A stretch of DNA of 63,574 bases, counting the filler, from Rozella allomycis CSF55 (lineage: Eukaryota): assembly GCA_000442015.1 (NCBI GenBank). It is 9 parts of 9 records of this genome, joined end to end, with 100 filler letters (N's around TTAATTAATTAA, not from the genome) between each part and the next. Parts side by side here need not be neighbours in the genome. Positions count along the whole stretch, not along the records: positions 1 to 28,599 come from KE560772.1; positions 28,700 to 36,451 come from KE560779.1; 7 more parts are not named here. One strand, written 5' to 3'. Positions 23,799 through 35,958 of this stretch are shown piece after piece. The notes under the pieces were generated by a model that worked only from the letters and a program-made list of their open reading frames with translations, was not told the DNA's origin and ran no database searches. Both the position numbers and the translations under genes were made by a program. Position 1 is the first letter of the stretch. Each line of letters starts with the position of its first letter.

Positions 23799-24826
23799 AT
23801 GTCCCAAAATTCAACAACGGGTATTCCAGAAAATGCACCTTCTCGTATATTTTTTCTTTATTTTTTATTAGATTGTCCTGGTCCGTCAAGTGAAAAGGCC
23901 GGATATTCTTCTTCTTGCTCGGGATGTCCGAATCAAAAAGTATGTGCCACAGCACCAAAAGGACCAGATCCTGACATACCTTTGATTAATGAGAGAATGG
24001 AAAGTGTTAAAAGAAAAATATTGATTTTATCTGGCAAAGGAGGTGTTGGGAAAAGTACTGTAACATGTCAACTCGCGCATGCACTGTCCGAGAAAAAGGA
24101 TTTGGAGGTATAGATATGAATGTACTAATATAAGATTGCTGTTTTGGACATTGATGTATGCGGACCATCTGTCCCACAAATGTTTGGCATCAACAATGAA
24201 AATGTACACGCCTCCAACTTTGGATGGACCCCAATTTATGTGAAAGATAATTTAGCTGTTATGTCAGTTGGGCTTCTTTTAGAAGATAAAGATTCCGCCA
24301 TTATTTGGAGGGGGCAAAAAAAGAATGGCATGATCAAGCAGTTTTTGAAAGATGTTGAATGGGGTAACGTCGATATCATGCTTGTTGATACTCCACCAGG
24401 AACATCAGATGAACACATTTCAATTATCCAGCTATTAAAAGAGTGCGGTGTAGACGGGGCTGTTATCGTTACCACACCACAAGAAATATCCCTGCAAGAT
24501 GTTAGAAAAGAAGTAGACTTTTGTCATAAAGTGGGGATACGTGTATTAGGAGTTGTTGAAAACATGGGTCAATTTTCCTGTCCAAAGTGCAAAGTAAACA
24601 CGTTAAATTTTTGTTTTAGAATACATCATATATATTTCCACCATCTTCTGGAGGGGCTCGAAAAATGGCAGAAGAATTAAATATCCCTTTTTTAGAATCT
24701 ATTCCATTGGATCCACTAATAGGAAGGTCTAGTGACTTTGGAGAATCTTTGAAGGAATCTCAAAATTCAATTGCCAATTTGATCTATTCTAAGATGGTTG
24801 ATAATGTTTTATCTTTAATAAACTGA
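23799..24826 (+). CDS. NBP35: Cytosolic Fe-S cluster assembly factor Nbp35/NUBP1
   Basis: N-terminal [21 protein letters not shown]-loop [29 protein letters not shown] and ENM..FSCPKC; three GT-AG introns. Confidence 0.96.
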
Positions 24827-24828
24827 TT

Positions 24829-25218
24829 TTGTTAGTATTTGGAATATTTAAAAATAGAATGCAACTAAATATATTTGTTGTCACTAAAGTGGCGGGTTCA
24901 AGTATGAACAAAAACATCGAAATCGAAGGCCAATCGATCAACGATAGAATGCATGATGCGGCATATAATATTGTCATGGAAATGATCAGCAGTGTCGCAC
25001 ACGTGAAAAATCAAAAGTCGGCATTTACTATCAAACTTAGTTCGTCTAAGTGCAACTCTAAAAAGCTAAAATTTAGACCAAATTCAAAAAACAAGAAAGA
25101 TAGATCTAGCGCCCTGGAATTTCTTGAGCTAATTGAAAGGTCTGAAAGAGAACTATTACAACAAGAATTACAAAGAGATTTCGGCAAGCGACGAAAGCAT
25201 CAAAAAGTGAAACAATGA
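24829..25218 (+). CDS. Hypothetical protein
   Basis: 129-aa ORF filling the gap between genes; no recognisable motif, start codon uncertain. Confidence 0.4.
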   Translation: MLVFGIFKNRMQLNIFVVTKVAGSSMNKNIEIEGQSINDRMHDAAYNIVMEMISSVAHVKNQKSAFTIKLSSSKCNSKKLKFRPNSKNKKDRSSALEFLELIERSERELLQQELQRDFGKRRKHQKVKQ

Positions 25219-25672
25219 AATAAATATTAGTCCAGAATATTAAACTTCTTTGATGCCTTAAAGTAGGCGTCTTCAAAGTAGAATGTATCAATACCTACAT
25301 TTTAAAAGTTAAAACATTCAAAGTCGGTTTGGTATCGTTCTTTGATTAACACATTTGACAACACGATGTCTTGAATGGTCATTGTCAAAAAAGGTAGCAA
25401 AAGTTGGTGGGCGTCACATGGCTGTACTGCAATGCCAAGGACACCCTTGAGTTTATCCGAAGCAAGCCTCGAATAAACTCCCAGGAGACAAATTAATTTG
25501 AAAGTTGATGACTCCAGTGGAGTCACTTTAGCTTTCAAACTAAAGAGAACAGATACTACACTTGATCTAAGCCAGAGGCTTGAGATTGGTGACCTTAGTG
25601 AAATTTACAAAACTTAAAGGTAAATTGTTTTGAAAATTCATCCTTGTGGGTTTCAACTGTTTAATGTAAAAA

Positions 25673-26830
25673 TTATTTATTTAAAGTGCTAGCATGTTTT
25701 TTTCTTAATCTTTTCGTGTCTCCAACTCCAAGCCTAATTTTTATTATGAAAATGTTTTACATTGGAAGACCCTTATTAAGACCCTCTAAAAGGACGCAGG
25801 CTTTGCAAACTTTATTACTAGAAATATAGCCACATCGTTCGCAGATCATTTGAGTAGGAGTTTTAACATTCTCCTTTATCTCAAAGGCTTCCCCGGAATA
25901 AATTATATCTGTAACAATAAAAAAATCAGATTACCAAGTATTATAGAAGGCCTTATTGCTTCGAGTTCTTTAAGATATGTTCTGGCGAACCCTCTGTATG
26001 CCATTGGTGAATAAATGCATTCAGTAGAAAAATAATCAAGTTTTTTGAAATAAGCATACATAACTATTTCCTTTTCATATGTGTATTTGAATGGTTTTGA
26101 TCTAGGTACGGTTACTCCACCGTTTTCGTCGCATGTTGATATAGCAGTGCATCGCCCTAATCTGGATATATCTCCTCGTAAAACTATTTCTCATAATAAA
26201 TGTTTTTACTGTTCATTAACACAGTTTCCGCAACATCGTCCGCATTGTGCCCAGTAACGATATGATCAACGTTTAATAGGGCAGCCCCTCTGTCTAATGC
26301 CTGCCTTCTAAAGACACCACAAAAAGTACCTATTTATTTACAAAACTCATCACATTACAGTTATTTTTAAGCCCGACTTGCTTCACGATTTCATCCATTG
26401 TCCAACCATATAATTCTTCGTACGAAACAATTTTTAATGGTAAATCATATTGTAGCTGGTTTCTTTTGACAGTCTAAAATATTGTATGGCTATTTTATAC
26501 CTCTAATGAATCATCTCTGTATCCAGTGATTCCTTCATCAACTGACAATAGAAACAGGTCTAGGCCGTAATCATATCGCTCATTTAAAAGCTTTAAAACA
26601 TAAGCTAATACAGTAGAGTCTAATCTATCTCATTAATTCTGAATACCTTTGCCACCAGACGCACCAATGGCAATTTTGTCTCCGCGCTTAAATAGATTTG
26701 TTTGAACAATTGTTTGATGGATCTCAGTTTCAAAAACAAAAAAGAAGCATTCTTTGCAAATAGCTTGTGCAGTTTTAGGTCGCTTTATAATGGCTCTATG
26801 CTCACCACAAAGTTCACAAAGTTTTGCCAT
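25673..26830 (-). CDS. NCS6: Cytoplasmic tRNA 2-thiolation protein 1 (Ncs6/CTU1), multi-exon
   Basis: CELC...[65 protein letters not shown] and C-terminal CERCG...CKAC; six GT-AG introns. Confidence 0.96.
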
Positions 26831-26864
26831 TGTGGCTTAGGACAAAGTAGAACAGAAAATAGAT

Positions 26865-28370
26865 TTATTCGATTGAAATAAGAGAATTAATAGTTTTTCG
26901 GCGATTATTTAAACTTTTGTCATCTTTTTGGGATTGAGGTGAAGTGAATAGAAATGAGGAAGCAAATTCAGGTTCATCGTCAACAACTTTTCTATCCGCA
27001 GATTCGGCAGCGGCAGGTTTTTCTGCAATTTTCGTTTCTTTTAATACTTCTAATTCCTTTTGGGGTGAGCTTTTTCCTGGATTTGCAGAAGAGTTTCCAT
27101 TTTCAACAGTAGATCTGATATGAGCTATAAGGTCATTAATGGCACCCTCACTTACAACTTTCTGGATAACTTTTGTAATCAATTCCTCAACATTTTCACT
27201 GCCACTTTGCTTTATTAGATCTTTCATTTGATTAATTTCTGGAAGTGGAGACGTCTTAGTGTTTGACAATAAAGACTCGATTTCATTTACCGCCTTAATT
27301 GAAAAGAATTGGCCTTCATTAAGGCAATCGACTTCAATAATATTAGATGAGACTGCTTCCAAAATAAACAATTGCCAGGAAGAAAATGGGCTGGATTTTA
27401 GGAAACGATGCAAATGAGGAAGAGCGCCCATCTGAGAAGACGACACTGGAAGTTTTGTAGTTTTCAGTAATTCCCTCGCAAAATCTGAAATTAAAGACAC
27501 TAATGATTCATCTTTCTTAAATGGAGACAAAGAAATATAGCAAATCGTTCCTTGGTGATCCAGAAAAATCCTTTTAAGACAGCAGGCATGATAAAAGAAT
27601 CTGATCAATTTTTTGTAACCAAATTTCATAATTTCTTCTCTTACATTTCCTGGGAGAGCATTCGCGACGTTAACAATCGTGTCAGAGCCTTTTCCTGCCA
27701 AGTACTTTTCTAACCAGGATATTACAGTGTCCATCATACACGGAAAATCAGTTATGGTAGGAATATCGTCCAAATCTGAAGCCTTTACCTTTTTCTTTTT
27801 GGAGCTCGGTTCATTGGGATCTTCTAACGCGCGTTTTTGATTTAAACTTGTATTTGGCGGTGGTAAATTTTGCAGTTTGTCAACAACGTCACTGGGATAC
27901 TCAATATCGCCAGGGGGAGCTGGTCTAAAAGCCCAATCTTTCTTTTCTGAATCATATCGGCCAACCAAAACACGAGCAGCAAACCCTCCAAAAATGAAAT
28001 CTTTGAAACTTTTGAATTTGCAAAGATCTATTCTTTGGCTCATTTTACTGCCAATATCTTTTAGCCAATTATCTTCGGTTTTCCTCAGCTGGACAATCAA
28101 GGGTAGAAACGGTTGAGCATCTTCTAAATCTATATCGCCAGGAAGTGCAAAGATCCATTCTCCATTATGGTAAATAGCGTCTGTGTATCCCCTGGCCATA
28201 GCGTCCATTAAAAATAGAGACTGCTTCTTGTAAACATTGGATGGTATTTCCTTTGGGTATAACGTGTTAAATTTTTGAAGTAGAATACTTAATGTCGGCT
28301 TTTCAGATATAGGAAAGGTGTTCAACACATCCAAGACCTTTAGGAAAAGTTGTGCTTTTGTTCCAACCAT
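26865..28370 (-). CDS. Hypothetical intronless protein with putative tandem OST-HTH/LOTUS-like repeats
   Basis: Long ORF (likely ATG at 28370) with four similar segments ending YKKQSLFLMDA, FKSFKDFIFGG, FGYKKLIRFF and FSSWQLFILEA. Domain call is inference. Confidence 0.65.
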   Translation of the reverse strand: MVGTKAQLFLKVLDVLNTFPISEKPTLSILLQKFNTLYPKEIPSNVYKKQSLFLMDAMARGYTDAIYHNGEWIFALPGDIDLEDAQPFLPLIVQLRKTEDNWLKDIGSKMSQRIDLCKFKSFKDFIFGGFAARVLVGRYDSEKKDWAFRPAPPGDIEYPSDVVDKLQNLPPPNTSLNQKRALEDPNEPSSKKKKVKASDLDDIPTITDFPCMMDTVISWLEKYLAGKGSDTIVNVANALPGNVREEIMKFGYKKLIRFFYHACCLKRIFLDHQGTICYISLSPFKKDESLVSLISDFARELLKTTKLPVSSSQMGALPHLHRFLKSSPFSSWQLFILEAVSSNIIEVDCLNEGQFFSIKAVNEIESLLSNTKTSPLPEINQMKDLIKQSGSENVEELITKVIQKVVSEGAINDLIAHIRSTVENGNSSANPGKSSPQKELEVLKETKIAEKPAAAESADRKVVDDEPEFASSFLFTSPQSQKDDKSLNNRRKTINSLISIE

Positions 28371-28403
28371 GTGGCTTGACCAAAAGCAAGAGACAGATGT
28401 ATA

Positions 28404-28535
28404 TTTTTTTAAATATATCAACATTTTTTATTGATTAAAAATAGTACAAAATTCGTTTTCCACGAAGTGAAATCTTCCGTGTCGAGGAGAATTGTACAAG
28501 TAAAGTGCCTGTGAATTAGGGTTTCTGGGAAAAAT
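28404..28535 (-). repeat. 3' end of a poly(A)-tailed LINE-derived repeat (other copies ~51105-51228 and 51339-51432)
   Basis: TTCCCAGAAAC...CACGGAAGATTTCA...CTTCGTGGAAAACGAATTT is shared by all three copies; the ...ATGTTGATATATTTAAAAAAA tail is shared with the ~51105-51228 copy. Confidence 0.75.
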
Positions 28536-28699
28536 ATTATATATAGACCAAAGTCTTTATCAACTCAAGAATTTAGAAGCATCATCAATCAATTAAGTTN
28601 NNNNNNNNNNNNNNNNNNNNNNNNNNNNNNNNNNNNNNNNNNNTTAATTAATTAANNNNNNNNNNNNNNNNNNNNNNNNNNNNNNNNNNNNNNNNNNNN

Positions 28700-30129
28700 A
28701 TTGTGTCATTGACTTCATTTGACACTTTATCAACTTCAAAGGACAAGTTTATAATCTTGTGTCCATATTTGATCCCTGTTCCCACATAAATATCAAATAG
28801 TTTTTTAACTTCATCAAGTTCCCATGGAGGCAAAAATACTCTCAATCCTTCTTTTAATAGTTTATAGGAATGTTTCTCGTTTGGCGACGTAGTGATTACC
28901 ACCTTTGTTAGTTTTGCCAAGTAGACTGACTTCATACATCCATCAATTAGAAGATAAACATCGTTATTCCTCCACACTTCATTTTCCCAAAGGCCAGAAT
29001 CTTCAAAGACGCCATTGTAGTAAATCCATTGGCCACTTTCCAACACTAGAAACACTTTCTTCTGTTTCGACTTTAATCGAAAATATAAATCCCTCAGAAA
29101 CATGCTTTTCCCTATCCCTGCGTCACCAATCACTGCAATATTCATGTCATCACTAAAGCGCTCAATGTATTCGTGAATCTTCTCATAACATGGTCTTCTC
29201 CAAATGATTTCCGTAGGAAGAAATTCGCTTTCTTTTTTAAAAGACTGCACTTTATAAAATTCATTTATTTCATCTACAACAACATCTTTAATAAGCGCAA
29301 CCTTAACTCCAGAGGGCACCCGATACTTCACCCAATTCTGAAAGCATTTACTAAATCGCTCTTCAAAATATGTGTCTCCAAATTTCCATTCTTTTTTCAG
29401 ATAGGCTTTCAGCATTGCCATATCTCTTTCAGTCGGATCTTCCAACAATTTCAAAGCCAAAGGCCTTATTATCTTATCCCTATCCATATTGTCCATGTAC
29501 CTAAGTATGGGATTAAATATTCTCTCAAACAGCTCCTTCTTTTTCATCGCCTTCTCCTGTCTTTGCTTCTCTTGTCTTTTTATTTCCTCCTGTCTTTCCT
29601 TCTCCTCTAGTCTTTCCTTTTCCTCTAGTCTTTGCTTCTCCTCTAGTCNCTCTTCAAAATATGTGTCTCCAAATTTCCATTCTTTTTTCAGATAGGCTTT
29701 CAGCATTGCCATATCTCTTTCAGTCGGATCTTCCAACAATTTCAAAGCCAAAGGCCTTATTATCTTATCCCTATCCATATTGTCCATGTACCTAAGTATG
29801 GGATTAAATATTCTCTCAAACAGCTCCTTCTTTTTCATCGCCTTCTCCTGTCTTTGCTTCTCTTGTCTTTTTATTTCCTCCTGTCTTTCCTTCTCCTCTA
29901 GTCTTTCCTTTTCCTCTAGTCTTTGCTTCTCCTCTAGTCTTTCCTTTTCCTCTAGTCTTTGCTTCTCCTCTAGTCTTTCCTTCTCTAGTCTTTCCTTTTC
30001 CTCTCGTCTTTCCTTTTCCTCTAGTCTTTGCTTTTCCTCTAGTCTTTGCTTCAACTTTTTTATCTCTAATTTCTTTTCCTCAGCTATTAATGCATTGTAT
30101 TCGTCATCTAGTTGCTGCAGATCTTGCAT
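28700..30129 (-). CDS. Crinkler/RHS-type P-loop NTPase with N-terminal EEK(Q/E)RL repeat coiled coil; 3' end in a gap, internal duplication at the N join
   Basis: IIWRRPCY, Walker A GDAGIGKS, Walker B YLLIDG, VITTSPN and VFLPPWELDE, as in CR-NTPase proteins. Confidence 0.75.
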
Positions 30130-30609
30130 GTCTGACCTGACTAGGGTATTGGACCTTAAATTTCCAAACCTTCAAAAACCTTAAACCTAACTTTCTATAA
30201 ATCAAATTTCACACTGGCAAATGTATCATGAATGCGTATATGACATGTCGCTAAGCGTCTCAGATGTGGGTAGATGTCTTTTCGTTTTATCCTCGCCTTA
30301 ATCAGGAGCCACTTTCAGTCTATGTTCATTCTATGGAAAAACAATATTCAATCATTCAATGCGAATGCGTGTGGCCGAGTGCAATTTCTTTGCAGCCGCC
30401 AACCGGGCTATTCTCTAAAGGGAATAATCATGTGAAGAACATATCCACGAAATAGGGAGCTAATATGCTTTAAGTTATCGAGTACAAAGTCAACAGCTTG
30501 ACTGTATCGAAACGTTCCGTGCACTATAAACGTTTTTCTCTTCGCAGCCCGAATCTCGATTATCTTGATCTAATATATAGATGCCTAAAATATTTATCTT
30601 CTAATTAAT

Positions 30610-30645
30610 ACAAGTCTCGCAGTGCTCGTTAAATCGGACGAGGAG
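30610..30645 (+). repeat. ~35-bp dispersed micro-element, copy A
   Basis: ACAAGTCTCGCAGTGCTCGTTAAATCGGACGAGGAG; near-identical copies at 48587, 50902 (opposite strand) and 51711. Confidence 0.9.
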
Positions 30646-31426
30646 TTTAAAATAAATTTCGTCACACAAACAACTGTTTTCTATCTTTATCATTCTTTGA
30701 CATTAGTGTGATTTCGTCTAAAATAGAATCGATATCTATTTTCAAAAACATTCAGGATTTCATTTTACCTCTTTCTTCTATCGCTCGTGACTTTCATTGA
30801 ATCATTTACTTACCGAGTGAACTTCATTTACCGTTTCCCAGTTTCCTCTTGCGAATCCCGAATCCCCATTATCTTTTTCTGATAAATAAATGTATATATG
30901 TATGTATATTTTATCTTTTAATTAATATATATGTTTAATCGATTGTATACTTTTTCAGGATTTGCTACACTATGGGATTCAAACCGACAAACAATACAAA
31001 CACAAATAAAATACAACTCAAATTTATTTAATCAACGTGACGTGATAGATTGCCTCTCNGTCGTTTACTTATGATCGATTATAAAAACAATGTGATAGGT
31101 GCAATGCAAATCAATTCAATATTAATAGTATTAACTTTTAATCTTTCAAGATTTAACAATAACCCATTAACCACATAAGAAAATAAAGAATTTTTTCATC
31201 ATTATGAATGCGTATGTGACATGTCTTTAAGCGTCTCTGATGTGGGTAAATATCATTTCATTTTATCCTCGCCTTAATCTGGAGCCACTTTCAGTCTATG
31301 TTCAGTCTATGGAAGAACAATACATTACAAGTCTACAGGACCTGAAAATAGAAATTATTTGAATATTGCAACGCCGCCCGACAAAAAATACAAACACAAA
31401 TATAAATACAACTCAAATTTATTTAA

Positions 31427-34400
31427 TCAACGTGACGTGATAGATTGCCTCTCAATCACAGAATGCTGATTATTATCTCTGGCGACTCTCCAATAATAGT
31501 CAACGTAATCAGATTGACCGAGCAGCCTCACAAACTCTTCATCGTGGGTGATAACAATGAGCTGAAAATTCGCCTGCTGCCGCTTAGTTTTGATAATGCT
31601 AGATTATTGGCGTGTGTGTAGAGTACTCTGAGAGTGATCTGGCTAGAGACTCGATGTTTGCTTGATCCAGGTTGGTTGTTGGCTCGTCGAGTGCGAGGAT
31701 GCCGCAATTGGCGCCGAATGATTCAGCTAGTGCTAGGCGGATTATTATGGAGGCTAGGACTCTTTGGCCAGCGGATGAACGGCCGCGCATGTCTAGTTCG
31801 GTTGTGCCTTTGAGCATGACTACTCTGTAATTGTAGGATCTATTTCCTTTATCTAGAGTGAGAATGATATTTACCTGTTGAAGATTGTAGAAAGTTGCTT
31901 TACCTTTGCATTCTTTTTCAGATCTAATTTCCACAGTGTCAATATCAGTCCCTTTGTGATATAATACTTTTAATTACCTAATTTTATGATAGAATGTTTC
32001 ATTTACCTTGATAAGTGTTTGTCCATAATTCACAAATGATTTTATTGATTTNCTATAATACTTTTGTTTAATTTACCTTGATAAGTGTTTGTCCATAGTT
32101 CACAAATGATTTTATTAATTTCTTTCATTTTGACTGAATGATATTTCATGATTGCTGAATCCAAAGCCTTTCCATATTTATCTAAATCACTTTGAGATAA
32201 TTCCAAAGACTAGAAAAAAACTATTTAGAATTCATTACAGTGACTTTGATTAATTGTTCAGAATATTTTTCTCTAACATTTTTATAGTCAGATTTTAGTT
32301 CCAGACTATAAGAATTCTTTTGTATTTCTAATTGTTTCAATTCACCAAAAATGACAGACTTTTGAGAAATTAGATTTGTAATTTCAGATTCTAATTTGTT
32401 CTTTTTATTTAGATCAAATTTAAATTTTGAAAATTCTAATTTTAGTTTATCAATTTCTATTTTTAGATCATTTAATCTTTTGATTTGATTTCTCAATCTT
32501 AAATTATCTAAAATTGTTCTCTCAGCTGAATCAACTTTTCTAAATTTCTGAATTGAAAATTGAATTTTTTGATTTATTTCTTCAATTTTGTCTAAATTTT
32601 GTTTTATTTTTGAATTTATTTCTTCAACTTTTTTTTCAATCTCTGAAATTTCTAAATCTATTTTTGAATTTTGAAATCTATTTTTAGATTAGTAAATTTC
32701 ATACTTTTCACAATCAAATTTTAGTTCTCTTAAAGAATTTAAATGTTTGGAATAGAAATTGATTTGATTATTTATTTCTTGTTGTTTTAAAGAATAATCA
32801 CTAGTTATTTCATTCTTCTTTTGTTTCAACTTTAATAAATTTGGTTCAAATTCAATTTGTTTCTGTAAAAGATCGTTTAATTCATTTTGTATTAAATTTA
32901 TTTGAATTGAAAGATTTGAATTTTCTAATTTTAGATTATTTTTCTTTTCTAGTTGAACTTTGATTGAATTTAGACTGGATTGATCCTTGTTTATTAAAGA
33001 TTCAAGATTTGAAATTAATTTAATCTTGTCCCTCAATTCTAAATTTAGTTTATTTATTTTTTTGTTATTTTCATCAAAAGAGTTTTTAGATTTGTTGAAA
33101 GATTCATTTAATTCTTCTAATGACCAGGGTATCCCTTGAGAAAGATCTAAATTTAGATTTTGAATTTCTTTTTCCAAATTTTTGATTTCATTAAATCTTT
33201 TAAAAATTAATTCGCAATCTTTAACAAGATTAGAAATTGTTTCCAATTCTTTTTTCTTTTCTAAACATTTTAGATCTATTTCTGAAATTTCATCTTTTAG
33301 ATTGAAAATTTCTTTTTTAATTTTTTCTAAATCTAATAAATCTTTTTTGATTAAAGAAAATAGATCTTTAATTTTTGGAATTAAATGAGAATTGAGCTAA
33401 AAATAGATTAATAAATTTCAAATACCTTTAATTTGTTTAATAAATTATTTTGAGATTCAAATTCTCTTTGTTTTAAAACTAAATTTGATGGTAAATTTAA
33501 AATGAAATTCTTTAATTTATTTTCAAAACAATTTTCTTCTTTTAGATTATTAAACTTTCTTGAACATAAAGGACAATCCTTTTTCAATTCAAATTCTTTA
33601 ATAAATTTTTGAAAAGAAATTCTCATTGAATCTCCATTCGTTAATTCATTTCTCAATTCTTCTACATTTTCTTCTACATTTCTTAAAACATTTTTAAATT
33701 CTTTATCAAAGTTTAAAACTATTTCATCTGAACTCAAATCATCCAAATCAATTGTTAATGTTTTTGAAATATCCAAAATGTTTTTATTCTCAAATTCATT
33801 TATAATATTTTCAATTTTATTTTTACATTTTCTAAATTCTTCTCTTCTATTTTTTAAATTTTCTTCAATTAAATCTTTCGTTGTAATTTTTCCAGAAATT
33901 TCATAATTTTTTTCTTTTAATTCGTTTTCTATTTTTAGAAATTCTTTTTCAATTTTTCTTTTGTTTTCTCTACTTTCAAATTCTAAATTTTCATAAACTG
34001 GAAATGTTCCAAACTTTAAAATAAATTCACTCTTTTCTGTCAATGTTTGAATCTCCAAATGTTTCTCTTGTCGCTCCCTCTTCTTCACTTCCAACTTTGC
34101 TACCTTTTCTGTCTTTTTACTAATCAAATTCAAATTAAACGACGTTTGCTTCATCTTCTCTTCAATCTCTTTATTTTCAAACTCAATCTTTCTTATCTCC
34201 TTTTCAATCTCCACTGTTTCAAATCCCTGCTTAACCATTTCCAATTCACTCTGCTTTTCTTTCATTCTCTTCCCAATCTCTACATATTCTACCTCATCAA
34301 CTTTAATCAAATTCATCTCTCTCTCATTTTCATTCATNGTTTTCAAACTCTATCTTTCTTATCTCCTTTTCAATCTCCACTGTTTCAAACCCCTGCTTAA

Positions 34401-35958
34401 CCATTTCCAATTCACTCTGCTTTTCTTTCAATCTCTTCCCAATCTCTACATACTCTACCTCATCAACTTTAATCAAATTCATCTCTCTCTCATTTTCATT
34501 CATCTTTTCTTGAAATCTCTCCATATTCTTCTTCTTTTCTCTCTTAATCTCATTCATCGATCCTTGCATCGCTTCTATCTGTCCAATCTCTCTTTGCACC
34601 TCTCTCTCACTCTCATAAAACTCATTCTTATTTCTCTCACTGCTCTTTCCATTCCTTTCAATCTCCTCTTCAATCATCTTTATTACATTGTCACATTCTT
34701 CATCTTTCACTTCAGGTAATCTTTCCGAAATTTCATAAATCATTTCTTTCATCTTCTTTTCTCTTTCTTTCTGCATTTGAATCATTCCACTAATTTCTCC
34801 CTTTTGCTGGAAATATTCATTCTTCTTTTCATTCAGTCTCTTATTTTCTTGCTCTATTTCACTCTTCTCTATCTCCATCTCTTCAACACTCCTTCTAGCC
34901 TCCAATACACTCTCTCTCAAATTACTCAATCTCTTTTCCAACTCTTCATCACTCTCATTATACACTTTTTGCAACGTTGATTCCAATTCTTCCTTATTCC
35001 TCTCCACCATCCGCTCTTCATTCTGAACACTTTCAATCTTCTGCTGCAATATCATCGCTTCATTCATCTCTTTATTCATATCTTCCAATCTATCCAAAAC
35101 ATTCAATCATCTTACTCTCTCCTAGCTTCAATCAACCTCCCCTCAATCTCTTCATTCCTTCCCCCAATACTCTCAATCTTCCTCTTAATCCCCTCCATCC
35201 CAATCTGTATCTTTTCCGCCTTCTCGTTCTTCTCCATAAAATGATCCAGCTTCACCTTCTCCACCTGTATCTCTCCCTTAATCCCCTTGCTCACACTCTT
35301 AATCGCATCAAGCGCCTTTGCATATCTCGTTGCCGCAAATATATCATCAAACTTTCTCTTCAACACAGCAGGCTCACTCAGCGGCCACAACGAATCCTCC
35401 TGATGGCAAAATATCACATTCTCCAAAATAGCCGCACTAACCCCCATATGCATCGGTATCTCCGCATCAAAATCAGCACACCGACTACTCAGCGTCATTT
35501 TCTATCATCACAACCCAGTCCCTCTTACCTGGTTCGTCTGCGGATCACGGAACGTCAGCAACGCCTCCAGCGTCTTCATCTCCAATTTCACCTTCTTTTG
35601 CGTACTCTGCAACGAGCGGATCAGCACCAACTGCTGCTGATTCAGATTCTTAAACTTTAGCTTTATCTGCGCCTTCACCTCGCTTTCGTGCGCCAACTAC
35701 TCTACATCGCAATGATCAGTCACCTTGGGATCATGGATAAACGCACCGCCTTTGCTGTTCGGCGGAAGCTCGCCAGTAGTGGCATACTTGAGACACTCTA
35801 TGATCGTCTGCTTTAGTTTTGCAAACTCGCGTTACTGTTTTGCCAGATCCATTCAAACCAACTATAAGCGTCAGAGGTGTGTAAAACTCTATCACGGATG
35901 GCTGCTGGGGACTGAATGAGCGGATCCCTTGGATAGACAATTTTTCAATGGAACTCAT
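31427..35958 (-). CDS. RAD50: DNA repair protein Rad50, multi-exon, with assembly duplications at the N joins (32052, 34338)
   Basis: [39 protein letters not shown], zinc hook [38 protein letters not shown] and QLIVITHDE. Confidence 0.97.

Noticed and set aside
25302-25640. Possible small minus-strand gene between NBP35 and NCS6; also coding-like 4176-4996
   Set aside because: No recognisable motif and no confident exon structure could be built.
28600-28699. TTAATTAATTAA palindrome inside every long N gap (also 36452, 50409, 51919, 55376, 57279, 58575, 60997)
   Set aside because: Artificial scaffolding linker with stops in all frames. ORFs ending in XXXXN are artefacts, and adjacency across these gaps is uncertain.
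29360-29940. Exact internal duplication in the Crinkler-like NTPase
   Set aside because: Copies are identical and meet at a single N (29649): an unmerged contig overlap.
29489-30184. Ser/Phe/Leu-rich + strand ORFs and similar antisense ORFs (11601-12212, 34047-35660, 37005-39840)
   Set aside because: Shadows of real genes on the opposite strand, caused by biased codon use.
34170-34510. Apparent tandem duplication in the RAD50 coiled coil (also 32000-32120 and the 3' end at 31000-31058)
   Set aside because: Each is bounded by a single-N join; most likely allelic haplotypes or overlaps written twice.
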